IMG/VR virus record: IMGVR_UViG_3300029983_000007
Location: 186,001 to 250,000 of that record
Strand: one strand, 5' to 3'
Length of the DNA stretch: 64,000 bases
In this document: one piece after another, positions 40,702 through 52,044 of the stretch
Numbering within the stretch: the first letter of the stretch is position 1
Layout of the letters: each line of letters begins with the position of its first letter
Position numbers and translations under genes: made by a program
Notes under the pieces: model-generated
Database searches by the model: none
What the model saw: only the letters and a program-made list of their open reading frames with translations
What the model was told of the DNA's origin: nothing

Positions 40702-41886
40702 GTGGTTTCAAAATCTAGTGATTATATTTGGCAATTTGTTTCAAAGGATTTTCAGTATTTAACGCAAATAAAAAAATTAGAATATAAAGGTGTGAACTTA
40801 CAATGCTCATATCTTATCAATATCGTACATGAACTTATTATCAAATATTATTTTAGTAATAATACAGATTCTAAGTTTAAATTATCATCACTCATATTGA
40901 AAAAAAGGTATGGAGAATATTATAATTATTACATAAATTATTTATGTGAGCAAGGATTCATGGTAATGGTTTCTAATTATTGTGTTGGTAAAAAAACTAA
41001 GACATATAAATTAAATATTGATTATACATATGATGTATTAAGATGGAAAAATTATGATACAAAATTATTAAAAAAAATAAATAATAGATACGAAACATCT
41101 ATAACTGAGATGAGTTTTAGCTCTATCCAAGTAGGTATAAGGAGTAAGATAATAGAATCATTAACCAAGATTGATATTGATTATAAAGGAGCTTTAAAAC
41201 TACTTAATGATAGAAGGAATAGTGGTGAGATGTGTGAGCCAAAATATCAAAAGAATTTAATATCAGTTGAAAATATAAATTCAAAAAGTATATATTTTAA
41301 TTTTGATGATTATGGCAGATTTCATACAAATTTTACAATTCTTAAGAAAGAAATTCGTAATCAATATTTAAGTATTGATAATGAGATGATTTCTGAAATT
41401 GATATTAAGAATTCTCAGCCATTATTCTTTGCTGTTCTATTAAAAAAAGAACTGCCACATATAAATGGTGATACTAAAAGGTATTTTGATTTGGTGAAAG
41501 AAGGTTTAATTTATGAAGATATTATTAATAATTCAAAATTAACTGAAAGGTATGAGGCTAAAGAACTTATGTACAAAGTTTTATTTGGTAATAATTTAAA
41601 AACTAATAAAAAATTGAATAAAATATTTCAGAAATTATATCCATCTGTTTATGAGTATATTTTAGAATTTAAAGATAAAAAAAACAATTATAAAGAATTA
41701 TCTCATGAACTTCAAAAAATGGAGAGTGATTTTGTGTTTAATACCGTATTAAAAGAAATTTATGAAACATATCCTGATATTATATTGTTTACTGTTCATG
41801 ATTCAATAGTATGCTCTAATTCTAATTATAATAAAGTTAAAGTAATATTTGATAAACATTTTAAAGAATTGATTAAAAATTTATAA
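40702..41886 (+). CDS. minimal family-A-related polymerase (TV-Pol/PolA palm-fingers only)
   Basis: GRFH, motif A EIDIKNSQP, motif B R..AK..MYKVLFG, LQKMES, motif C TVHDSI; no exonuclease domain. Confidence 0.7.
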   Translation: MVSKSSDYIWQFVSKDFQYLTQIKKLEYKGVNLQCSYLINIVHELIIKYYFSNNTDSKFKLSSLILKKRYGEYYNYYINYLCEQGFMVMVSNYCVGKKTKTYKLNIDYTYDVLRWKNYDTKLLKKINNRYETSITEMSFSSIQVGIRSKIIESLTKIDIDYKGALKLLNDRRNSGEMCEPKYQKNLISVENINSKSIYFNFDDYGRFHTNFTILKKEIRNQYLSIDNEMISEIDIKNSQPLFFAVLLKKELPHINGDTKRYFDLVKEGLIYEDIINNSKLTERYEAKELMYKVLFGNNLKTNKKLNKIFQKLYPSVYEYILEFKDKKNNYKELSHELQKMESDFVFNTVLKEIYETYPDIILFTVHDSIVCSNSNYNKVKVIFDKHFKELIKNL

Positions 41887-41902
41887 TTTTTAATCAATTT
41901 AT

Positions 41903-42568
41903 TTATATGTTAAACTTTTTTGTGTTGTATATCATATTAACACTTTTAAATTCATTGCACAATTCTTCTATTATTTTAAGATTTGATTTTTTCATCAAAT
42001 GATATATAAAATCATATCCTTTATTGTCTTTTATTTCTATATTTGGTTCTTCTTTGAGAAGATTTTTTATCATTTTCAAAGAAACATTGATATCTATTCT
42101 TATCTCTGAATTTTCTGCAACTTTAATTAATGGAGTTCTATTAAAAATGTCTGTTTGTTTATTTAAATCTGTTAAAGGTATTAGTATATGTAAGAAACTC
42201 CAGAATTTATTTATATAATCTGTTGACTGATGTTCTAATCCTTGTAATTTATCTATCATTTTAAACATTGCAGAGTCATTATCAAATGGAAATTTTCCAA
42301 GTTCTGGTGTATAAGAAAATATATTTGAATCTGCTCCTTTATCTAAAAGTATTTTACCAAATTCAAATCCACTGTTATTAATAGCAATTAATAATGGAGT
42401 CCAACCATTATCAATTTCTTGATAATTGATATTCACGTCTGGATGTTCATCAAGAAATTCTATAAATTTTGGTAGCATAAATTGATTTTCATGATAGCAT
42501 AAACTTATAAGCCTTTTTTCGTCCTCATTATTATTTATGATATTTTCAAAATATTTTAAATGCTTCAT
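41903..42568 (-). CDS. ankyrin-repeat protein with FE/KFN tags
   Basis: GWTPLLIAINNSGFEFGKILLDKGADSN, RTPLIKVA..IKNLL..PNIEIKDNKG; MKHLKYFE...TKKFNI. Confidence 0.75.
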   Translation of the reverse strand: MKHLKYFENIINNNEDEKRLISLCYHENQFMLPKFIEFLDEHPDVNINYQEIDNGWTPLLIAINNSGFEFGKILLDKGADSNIFSYTPELGKFPFDNDSAMFKMIDKLQGLEHQSTDYINKFWSFLHILIPLTDLNKQTDIFNRTPLIKVAENSEIRIDINVSLKMIKNLLKEEPNIEIKDNKGYDFIYHLMKKSNLKIIEELCNEFKSVNMIYNTKKFNI

Positions 42569-42569
42569 A

Positions 42570-45500
42570 TTATAAGTTAAATTTGTTTGTTGTGTTTTTA
42601 AACTCCCAATCTACTATCCATTTATCAAGTTCAACTTCTTCGTTCAATTCACAATAAACTAAATCAATTTTTATTGATCTATTTCTAGCACAGAACGCCT
42701 CATATAAGTCATTAAGATTATCCATTGCACTAAATTCTCTTAACATATCGTTATTGAATTTATCATCATCTCCATGATTATGATATACTTCATATATTAA
42801 ATTTTTAAGATGAATAAATCCTTGAAGTTCATTATTACAAAGATATACTTCTGGATTATCATTATTATCATTACTTATAATTGTGCAATAATTACTCCAT
42901 TCCTCATTATTTATTTCTTCAAATATTTTAGTGTATTTTCCATTATTATAAGTTAAATTTTGACAAGTCATTTCTTCTTTGTTTAGCATTTGTATATGAT
43001 TGCTTACCTTGTTCATCTCCACCTTGTCTTTTATTTTTATCAATCAAACCTACTAGCCAAGATTCCATTGAACTTGAACTTTTACCTTCAATATCTTCTC
43101 TTGCTTCTTTTGGTAGCCATATATTATACATTTTTATTTCTGGTTGAAATCTTGATCTTATTTCTAAACCTGCCATTGATGATAGACTATGAAGATCTGG
43201 TGTAATTCTAACCATATTTTCAATATCTAACTCCTTTTTGTATAATCCTCCTTTTGTTTCTTTAAATTTGTCTGATGCAAGGAAAACATAAAAATCGTGT
43301 GTTTCATAGTCAGGATTTTCACTTAATAAATCTCCTAGAATGTCAACTTTTTCTTGTTCTTTCTTAATCTGTTCTTCATCTTTAGCTTCGTAAGTTTTCA
43401 TGTGTTTCATATTTTTAATTTGTTTATTTTATATGTTAAATTTATCTAAATTTATAAACATAGATACATCTATATTATCTGATAATGAATCATAAATTTT
43501 TTTTATAAGTTTTAAACTAATTCCATTTGGAATGCCAGAAAACTCATGTTTTTTCAATGATTTCATTGTTTTAAGTACTAAGTTATTTTTAATAATATAG
43601 TCTTTAATATTAATATTAAGAGGAGTAAATTTCAACCAATTTGTCCATTCAATTAAATAATAAAAATCTTTTGTGTTTCTATTATCATGAAATAATAAAA
43701 ATACTAAATTATATTTTGAATTCTTATTGTCACCTATGTAACAGCAAATTGTTTCATCTTGTATATACATTTGTCCTGGTATCAAATTTGGATATCCAAT
43801 CATATTGTCATACTTGTTTTCAAATTCTTTAATATGTATCATATATTAAATTTTTTTGATAATAATGCTATTTCAATATCTTCTTTGTTTTCAGAATTCA
43901 CTATTATTGTTCCATACCTGGTTCTTTTGAATATTTTACCAGTTTCTTCATCAAATCTAAACCATGGGTGCTGTATTTCATATGGTACATTTTCATACTC
44001 TATAGATACGTTATCAAATATTTTCTTAGGATCTTCTATTTCTATAATTCTACCGATATTATTATTTATAAAATACATAAATTCTTTTGAACCCATACCT
44101 CTGTATCCATGAATATTAGCTAATGCATAATCTCCAATTTTTATATCCTTTTTATTGTAATTTTCAACTGATTTTAAGTGTTTCATAAGTTAAATTTTTC
44201 TGCTTTTAATGTTGCATTAAAACTATCTTCTAAATTAGTCAATAATGACTCTATTTCATTTGATGGTATAATATAGTTACAATATCCATGTGTAGAATTA
44301 TCTATTATATAATTATAAAATATTGTTTTTATCAAATCAAATAGTATATAGTCGTTTGCTGTTTTGCTTTGTATTACAGTAGCTAATCTATAGTTATTGT
44401 CATAATCTAAATTTAATACAATTTCAAATAAACAATAAGAATAATAAGAATAATCTATAATTATCTTATCATGAGAATCAACTTTCATCTTTAGTGTTGT
44501 TTTATTCTCTTCTGTGATATCTAATTTTTTAATTAATGATAACAGTTTTTTAAATCTATCACCTATATTATATAATGTATTATTTAATGTTTTTAAATCT
44601 CCATTTTTGACTACTTTTTTATATCTGTGAATATATTTCATATTATAAATTAAATTTATTTGAATCAATATATACTCTCAATTCATCTTCACTATCAGAC
44701 CAATATTTTAGTTCTGACATTGGAAATTCCGCAGTACATCCTATTGATTTACAATATATTAAAAAATGAGATTCATCTACAATAGAATCAATTTTAAATA
44801 TGCTACTTTTTGATTCTTCGTAAAAATCTAGATTGCTTGTTATATATCGTTCAGATTTTATTATTACATAATCTCCTTCTTTTGGATATGTGTGAACCAT
44901 TTCATATGTTTTAAGATATTTCATTTAAATGTTAAATTTTTTTGACAATAATAATGCTTCCAAATCTTCTTTATATTTAGATTCATGAGTGATTTCATAA
45001 TTTCTAGTACTATAGGTACTATCTTTTCCTAATATGACATTAAAAGGTATTATTTCTTTATCATATTGTACTTTTATTGAGTTTTCATTTCCTATCGGAT
45101 TTATATGTATTGCAACTATTTGTCCAATATTATTATTAAAAAATTTTCTTTCATTAGGAGTAACAGAACAAGGATATATTATTACATAATTTCCTATTCT
45201 TTCTTTTTCCTCTGATGTTAATTGTTTTTCAAATGATTTTAAATATCTCATAAATCCATCAATCTGTTTGTGTAAAGATAATAACAAAAAGCAGTAAATA
45301 TCTTATCTCTTGAATAATTTTCAACTAAAATAGGAATATTTAAATATTCTTTATATTTATCAGATATACCATCTTCAAAATTAACTATAAAATCATCAAA
45401 TATGGTGAGTGAATTGTCCATTATAATCTTAGAATAAATTTTATAAGGATCTTTATCTTTTGACTTTTGTTTAAATTCATCTGCTGTTTTTGCTCTTTCT

Positions 45501-46485
45501 ACATTTATAAATAATATTTCACGAATTTCATCTGCACTTATATTTGATTGAACATTTTTTAAATGATTTACAATAATATCTGATATAATATTTGCTTTTT
45601 TGCCATACATATTTTTAACAATTCTTGTGAAGTTTTCTGCAAAATCTATTTTAAATTGATTTGTGAATTTATCGAATTCTACTTCAGACTTTTTTATTTT
45701 TCTTTCTGCTGAATAGTCAGATAACCAACCACCTGATACAATAACATATGATTTACATCCCCTTTTAATTTTACTTAAAATATCAGTTATTGTTGTTTTT
45801 ACTCTATCTACTTTTTTCCAATCTTCGTTTCCAAAATCATCTCTTTCTATCAATTCAAATGTTTCAATATAATATTCTGATTCATGTGAGAATGACACAA
45901 ATATTTTATCCTTGCAAATGGATATTATCAAATTATTTGTTGGTTCTGTTAAATATTTGATTATTTCTTTTTTAACTTTCAATGATTTCCATTCTGCATC
46001 ACTTGAAATTTCATAATTTCTTTGCATACTTTTCATTACAGAATTTGGTACTCCTATATTAGTAAGAGATGTCTTTTCGAAAATTTTATATGTTTTTATG
46101 TGTATCATATGTTAAATTTATTTGTATCAAGTTTTATTTTTAAAATTTCTTTATTTTTATCGAATGAAATTTCATTGTTAATACTCTGTATATTAAAATC
46201 AACTGTGAATGTTGCAATTGCATAGTTTTCATTATAATTAAATTTTCTAAATTTAGATAATATATTTTTTGGTATATTATCATATTTAATATGTAAAATC
46301 CAAATGTTATTCAAGCATTCACATTTATTTATCATTACACCTATATTATTGTCAATGAAATTTTTTGCGTCATCAGTATATATAGTTGTATGGTCTTCAT
46401 CTAAATATTTAGATGATATTATAATATAATTATTATAATTTGGTATTTCATTTTTATTCTCAAATATTTTAAAAATTGTAATCAT
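42570..46485 (-). CDS. operon of nine FE/KFN-tagged small proteins (42570, 42946, 43429, 43839, 44183, 44643, 44925, 45248, 46105)
   Basis: N-termini such as MKHMKTYE, MIHIKEFE, MKHLKSVE, MKYLKTYE, MRYLKSFE, MIHIKTYKIFE, MITIFKIFE; eight end in KFN[IL]; overlapping junctions; (TA)n run upstream near 46508-46523. Confidence 0.8.
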
Positions 46486-46619
46486 AAAAAATTAATTTTC
46501 AATTTTAATATATATATATATATTAAATTTGAAAGTAGAATTTTTAAAATTAATTAATTAAAAAATCATTTTTTTTATTTAATATATAATACAAATAATA
46601 AAAAAAACAAATTAAAAAT

Positions 46620-46982
46620 ATGAAAAGAACGAAAATTATAGATGGCGCATTTTTTAGCTACCAACCAACTGGAAACACAGCACCTTGGGGTGAAGGATAT
46701 GAATTTCATGATGATGAATCAGAAATTTTAAATTATCCAGGTTTTGAAATAACAGGTATGAGAACTATTACAGATCATTTTATTACAGGAACTACTACAT
46801 TAGTTGATAATGATGTTTATGTTGATTACAAATATTTGTCTGGTGTTACTGTTGTAACAGGTACTGTTAGTATTTATGAATACCCTACAACAACTACAAC
46901 AACTACAACTGTTGTGCCAACAACTACAACAACTACAACTGTTGCGCCAACAACTACAACTACTACGACTGTTGCACCATAA
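46620..46982 (+). CDS. putative virion protein with Thr-rich C-terminal repeats
   Basis: PTTTTTTTV(V/A) three times; TTTAATATATAA upstream. Confidence 0.55.
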   Translation: MKRTKIIDGAFFSYQPTGNTAPWGEGYEFHDDESEILNYPGFEITGMRTITDHFITGTTTLVDNDVYVDYKYLSGVTVVTGTVSIYEYPTTTTTTTTVVPTTTTTTTVAPTTTTTTTVAP

Positions 46983-47044
46983 ATTAGTTAAATAGGTTTT
47001 TGATATAATGTAACTAAAAATATTAATATATAAAAGAAAACGTT

Positions 47045-47284
47045 ATGTTAGAAAAAATCAAATTATTTTTTAAAAAAGTTGGAGAGGTATCTGTATCTTT
47101 GTTTAATAAGTTTATAATATGGTTTAAGACAAATTGGTTTATGATTGTTAATTATATCATAATAGTGGTATCTTATTCTATTATTTATGGTAATGATGCT
47201 GCTATTTTTGCTGAAACTTTATTAGGACTTTGGATATTTGTTTCAATTGCTTATGGAGGATATAAAATATTCATTAAGAAATAA
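47045..47284 (+). CDS. small two-TM membrane protein
   Basis: Two hydrophobic segments, basic C-terminus. Confidence 0.55.
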   Translation: MLEKIKLFFKKVGEVSVSLFNKFIIWFKTNWFMIVNYIIIVVSYSIIYGNDAAIFAETLLGLWIFVSIAYGGYKIFIKK

Positions 47285-47339
47285 AAAAAAGCCACTGAAT
47301 TTTATTCAGTGGCTTTTTTATAATTAATATAACTATATT

Positions 47340-48311
47340 TTATTCTTCACTATCAATATCAAAGAAATTATTAGCATCATCATCATCTCCTCCAAAAGTA
47401 TCTTCGTTGTTTTTAACATTTTTTGATTCTTTTGTTGAAACATTGTCATTAGATGAGCTTTCTGCTTCTTTTTTAGCAAAAGATGTTTCATTACCAGAAA
47501 TAATGTCAAGTATTTGAGATACTTTATATTTATCTTCAGCTAACCATTCTTTTGGTTGATGATCTTCAAGATCTACTGTACGTTCTTTCAAAAACGACAT
47601 AACTTTTTCTTTAACTTTAGGATTTGTGATTTTATTCTTTCCTGTTTTTTCGTCAATTTCAACTGGAACCTTAGCTAATCCCTTTGGTGTCATAATTTTG
47701 ATAGGAGATACTTCTAAGAAAGTACTTGAGTCATAATTAGGATATTCACCAAGTTGCTTCATAACCAATTTAAAATCCCTTCCGTTTGCGAGATCGAAAA
47801 CATTGCATGGATCACCAGAAATACCATCTTTTTGATCTTTGATTTTTTCTTTGATTTTGTAACCATAAGGATAGATTAAAATCTTACCTTCTGCATCACG
47901 ATTTTGTTCATCTTCAACAACTAAAATATAAGAATAATATTTAGTACTTCTACTAATTAATTCTGCTTTTTCAACTTCAGATGCGTTTTTTGAGTTCTTC
48001 AATTTCCAATACATTGTACAGATATCACATTTGTCTGTGAAATTTTTCATACAATCATAGTAACCTTGAAGTTCTGGATGATTTTTAAAATCAACATAGT
48101 GTTGATGTTTTTCGATTGCAGATAATGATACTTTACCATCTTTTGTAAGATTAGGTAAAAACCTAATGGTTGCAACATAACCTTTCTTTTTGTCAGTAAT
48201 TTTTGGACGATAAATACCATCTAAACTACCACCTTTTTTTTCTAGAAAATCTAGTGTTTCGCTTTGTGCGTCAATTGAGTCGAATAAATCGACATTTTCA
48301 AATTCTTTCAT
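47340..48311 (-). CDS. T4 gp32-like single-stranded DNA-binding protein
   Basis: IRFLP, C.IC, S.KYYSYILVV.D, G..FKL, YPNYDSS.F, acidic C-tail DDDDANNFFDIDSEE. Confidence 0.85.
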   Translation of the reverse strand: MKEFENVDLFDSIDAQSETLDFLEKKGGSLDGIYRPKITDKKKGYVATIRFLPNLTKDGKVSLSAIEKHQHYVDFKNHPELQGYYDCMKNFTDKCDICTMYWKLKNSKNASEVEKAELISRSTKYYSYILVVEDEQNRDAEGKILIYPYGYKIKEKIKDQKDGISGDPCNVFDLANGRDFKLVMKQLGEYPNYDSSTFLEVSPIKIMTPKGLAKVPVEIDEKTGKNKITNPKVKEKVMSFLKERTVDLEDHQPKEWLAEDKYKVSQILDIISGNETSFAKKEAESSSNDNVSTKESKNVKNNEDTFGGDDDDANNFFDIDSEE

Positions 48312-48415
48312 GCCTTTAATTTTTTTTTTTATAGCCTTTTAGCTTTAAATATTCCAAACCTATTAAAGTTTGAAACATTTATAATTTATATATGAGAATA
48401 TATAAAAAGTTTGAT

Positions 48416-48760
48416 TTAATTTTTAAAAATATATTTAATCCAAGAAAAACATTTCCTATTTTTTAAATAATTTGAATTTTTACTATTTGAATAAGCTTCT
48501 CTTTCAAATGATATATTTCTGTATGCATCTTTATAAAAAAACATCTTTATGAACCATTCAATTAAATAGAACAAATAAAATATTATTATTAACATTTCTA
48601 TTTGTTGTCTCCAATGAATTTTTTCATGATCAATTGTGTCTTTATCTTCAATGTTTTTAACAAAAATACCAAATGGACATAGTGTTATTCCAACAACGTT
48701 ATTTCCTATTAAATGTATTAAAAATTTTGTAAATAGTTTAATTTTTGGTTCAAAAATCAT
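48416..48760 (-). CDS. small zincin-like HExxH protein
   Basis: GITLCPFGIF, IDHEKIHWRQQ, ISFEREAY. Confidence 0.6.
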   Translation of the reverse strand: MIFEPKIKLFTKFLIHLIGNNVVGITLCPFGIFVKNIEDKDTIDHEKIHWRQQIEMLIIIFYLFYLIEWFIKMFFYKDAYRNISFEREAYSNSKNSNYLKNRKCFSWIKYIFKN

Positions 48761-48769
48761 AATTATTGA

Positions 48770-49198
48770 TTAAATTAAAAAAATGTTTATACTCATCTCT
48801 TTATCTTTATTATAAATATCATCATAATTATATCCAAGAGATTCAAGTTTTATTGATAACATATTTTTTAAATTGTATAAATTAAATATCCAAAAGTTTG
48901 AATAAAACGAATCATATTCATCATAATTAAATATGTCAACATTCTCAATTTCTTTTAGTGTTTGTTCTAAAAAGTCAACACAGAATTCATCATATGAATA
49001 TTGATATTTTATTTCATTATCATACAATTCTTTGTTAATTAAGCATATGGTGTTTTTATATGACTTGTAATCCTCAACAAATGAATTAACTAATGCTTCT
49101 TTTATTACCTTTTTTCTTTCATAAATTCTCATATTTTTATATATTATTATTTTTATTTGTAAGTTGGTAATTTTTATATATAATAATGAAAAAAGCAT
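48770..49198 (-). CDS. hypothetical protein
   Basis: ORF track; probable start MRIYE at about 49132. Confidence 0.5.
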   Translation of the reverse strand: MLFSLLYIKITNLQIKIIIYKNMRIYERKKVIKEALVNSFVEDYKSYKNTICLINKELYDNEIKYQYSYDEFCVDFLEQTLKEIENVDIFNYDEYDSFYSNFWIFNLYNLKNMLSIKLESLGYNYDDIYNKDKEMSINIFLI

Positions 49199-49207
49199 CT
49201 AAATTAA

Positions 49208-51592
49208 ATGAACGTAACTCAAGGAGTTTTTAAAAATACTAGTATCTATGGAATGACATTTATAGATAAATACTCAGGAATAAAATCAATTATAACAAGT
49301 GAAGGCTATATGTCTAAATTTTTAGATAAGGCAAATACTAATACATCTCAAACATCTACTATTTTATCAGATGATAATACTTATTATAACATAGTTGAAG
49401 ATTGCACTTTAAATAATTGTAATATTGAGACTGGTAGATTTATTAATTGTATTATAACTGGAAATAATGATATGTCAAATTATATAAAAAACGGATATTT
49501 TAGTGGCTGTACATTTTATAATTATGTTATTGATGACGGTAAATTTGTTGGCTGTTCAATGGATGATACTAATATTTTCAATAATGGTTTTTGGGATAAT
49601 GAAAATTCTGATTTTTCATGGACAAAACCATGGACAAGTGGAGTATGGAATAGTGGTAAATTTGATAATCCTTATGGCTGGTATGGTGGAACATTTAATG
49701 GTGGAACATTTGAGAATAGTTATTGGTCAGGAGGTACTGCCAACGGAGGTACATTTATTGGTATAAAATGGCATGATGGACTAGTACGTTATGCTGATTT
49801 TATTGATGAATGTATATTCGAAAATGGTGTGTTTAATAATGGAACATTTACAGATAGTTCATTTAATGGAGGTTATTTTAATGGAGGTACAATGAAGAAT
49901 TCAAATATTTATGGTAGTTCAGTGAAGTCTGTTATAAATGGAGGAATAATTTTTAATTGTAATATTGATGGAGATGTTGATATTAATGGTGGATATTTTG
50001 AAAATGATTCAAATTTATATTCAATATATAATGCAAATGTATACAATTCAAATATGTCAAATTTAAATGTCATAGGTGGTAATTTTTATAATGGAAATTA
50101 TAAAAATATAATTTTTTATGGAGGTGATATATTTAACGGTTTCTATTATAATATAAATTCATCAGTATTAAAAATGCTAAGTGAAGATGGAAATTTTTTA
50201 ATAATGGAAGATGGTAGTAATGCATTATTTGAAGAAAGTGCAAATGAATTATTATTTGGATTAACTATTCATAATGGAACATTTAGAAATAGTATATTTG
50301 AAGATACAAATATAAAAAATGGAAATTTTACTAATTGTTATTCAAAAAATAGTCTTTTTGAATATAGTGTATATACTGATGGAAATATGCTTGATTGTGT
50401 TTGGAGAGATGGATATTGGAATGATGGAGCATTTATTACTACTATGATAAATTCAGGATCATCAAATTCATTAGCAATAAATGTAAATGCAACAACAACA
50501 TCAACTACTACAATTTATTCTAGTCCAACCACCACTACAACTACTACTTACTCTGGTTTAACTACTACAACCACCACTACAATGTTAGGTACATTTATAA
50601 TAAATAGTATTAATTATAGTGAATTGTTTGATAATTCTGTCGATATTAAATTTAGTGGAGTACCATCAGGATCAACAACTATCATAATTTATTGCTCATC
50701 AGATGGAATAAATTACGATTTTAGTTCAGCAGGTAATGTAGTTTCTCCTAGAAAATTTAGTTTAAATGGCAAGCCAAATACTACATTAACATTTAAATTG
50801 ACAGCATTAGGAGGTATTAGTCCAGTAGATTCAAATATTTACTTATTTAATAATGTAAATACAACTACAACTACTACATCTTCATATAATCCTATATCTT
50901 CTGTAGATTTAACTGAAAAATCTATGTATTCATTATATATGTTTATTTATGGTGGAGTTCCTCCATATACATATACATTTTCAGCATATCCTGAAACTTG
51001 TGGATCATTGTCAATAAGTCCTGGTACAACAAACATAAATAGTAACACACTATCATATACAGCTGGAAATTATATCGGCGCGATATATCATGTTGTTGCA
51101 TCTGTTCATGACTCAGTAAACACATTACATAATGTATATTCTAATGAGTTGATAGTAACTATGACATGTTTAGTTCCTAATACATTAATTACAATGTTTG
51201 ATAATTCAACTAAGTTATTAAGTGATATTAATATTGGAGATAAGTTGTTATCAATTTCTAATGATGCATATGTTGAATCCAATGTTACTAGTAAGTCAAC
51301 ACATCTTGTTTTTAGTATAGTTAACATTAATCAAGGTTTATTAGAATCATCAGAAGGACATGTACATTTAATTAAAATTGAAGATTCAATAATTGAAATA
51401 GATGCAATAAATCTTAAAGTTGGTGACATTTTAATAAATAAAGATAAGCAAGAAGTTCCAATAACAAGCATATCGATAGTAAATATGGAGCAATTAGTTA
51501 TAAATATATCGACTGATTTAGGTACATATATAGCGAACAATATACTAACACATAATAAATCTATTTGTCGTGAGCAAATTCAATTGATTTAA
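49208..51592 (+). CDS. large virion-type protein: Gly/Asn beta-helix repeats, Thr linkers, Ig-like modules, C-terminal Hint domain
   Basis: GGTFNGGTFENSYWSGG repeats; C-terminal TCLVPNTLITM..K..SDINIGD..L...GH...LKVGD.L...VINIST...TYIANNILTHNK matches Hint blocks A, B, F and G. Confidence 0.7.
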   Translation: MNVTQGVFKNTSIYGMTFIDKYSGIKSIITSEGYMSKFLDKANTNTSQTSTILSDDNTYYNIVEDCTLNNCNIETGRFINCIITGNNDMSNYIKNGYFSGCTFYNYVIDDGKFVGCSMDDTNIFNNGFWDNENSDFSWTKPWTSGVWNSGKFDNPYGWYGGTFNGGTFENSYWSGGTANGGTFIGIKWHDGLVRYADFIDECIFENGVFNNGTFTDSSFNGGYFNGGTMKNSNIYGSSVKSVINGGIIFNCNIDGDVDINGGYFENDSNLYSIYNANVYNSNMSNLNVIGGNFYNGNYKNIIFYGGDIFNGFYYNINSSVLKMLSEDGNFLIMEDGSNALFEESANELLFGLTIHNGTFRNSIFEDTNIKNGNFTNCYSKNSLFEYSVYTDGNMLDCVWRDGYWNDGAFITTMINSGSSNSLAINVNATTTSTTTIYSSPTTTTTTTYSGLTTTTTTTMLGTFIINSINYSELFDNSVDIKFSGVPSGSTTIIIYCSSDGINYDFSSAGNVVSPRKFSLNGKPNTTLTFKLTALGGISPVDSNIYLFNNVNTTTTTTSSYNPISSVDLTEKSMYSLYMFIYGGVPPYTYTFSAYPETCGSLSISPGTTNINSNTLSYTAGNYIGAIYHVVASVHDSVNTLHNVYSNELIVTMTCLVPNTLITMFDNSTKLLSDINIGDKLLSISNDAYVESNVTSKSTHLVFSIVNINQGLLESSEGHVHLIKIEDSIIEIDAINLKVGDILINKDKQEVPITSISIVNMEQLVINISTDLGTYIANNILTHNKSICREQIQLI

Positions 51593-51627
51593 TAATACAT
51601 TAAATTATAAAATAAAATAAAATAAAT

Positions 51628-51999
51628 ATGCCAATAACATCTTCTGTAATTATAGATAGATATCCAAATGGAGATATTGCATCAGGACAGTTAGTTGATT
51701 TTTTTATAACTAGCGGTTACACATCATATTCCACATATAAATGGTATTTAATATCAGGTAGTACAAGTACTTTAATTAGTACTCAAAGCGGTTGTACTGT
51801 ATTATTTAGTGATATCGGAAATTTTTCAGTGAATTTAGAATTATCTAATTATCCAGAATCTTGGACTGGAGGACATTTCTATGGTGGAGATTTTGAAGGA
51901 TTTTTTGGAGGAGGCACATTTAATTATGGTAAATTAAATGGCTATGATATTAATAAAATAAACACTAACAATAAAATATTTATTGAAAAAATAATTTAA
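51628..51999 (+). CDS. putative virion accessory protein (PKD/Ig-like plus GGxF repeat)
   Basis: YSTYKWY, GNFSVNLELS, WTGGHFYGGDFEG.F.GG.F.YG. Confidence 0.45.
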   Translation: MPITSSVIIDRYPNGDIASGQLVDFFITSGYTSYSTYKWYLISGSTSTLISTQSGCTVLFSDIGNFSVNLELSNYPESWTGGHFYGGDFEGFFGGGTFNYGKLNGYDINKINTNNKIFIEKII

Positions 52000-52044
52000 A
52001 TTAAACTTATAATTTTTTTAATAATAAAAATAAATAAAAATTAA

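Noticed and set aside
46885-50880. ACAACT/ACTACA microsatellite-like runs
   Set aside because: They encode Thr-rich linkers in putative virion proteins, with synonymous variation; not a DNA-level repeat element.
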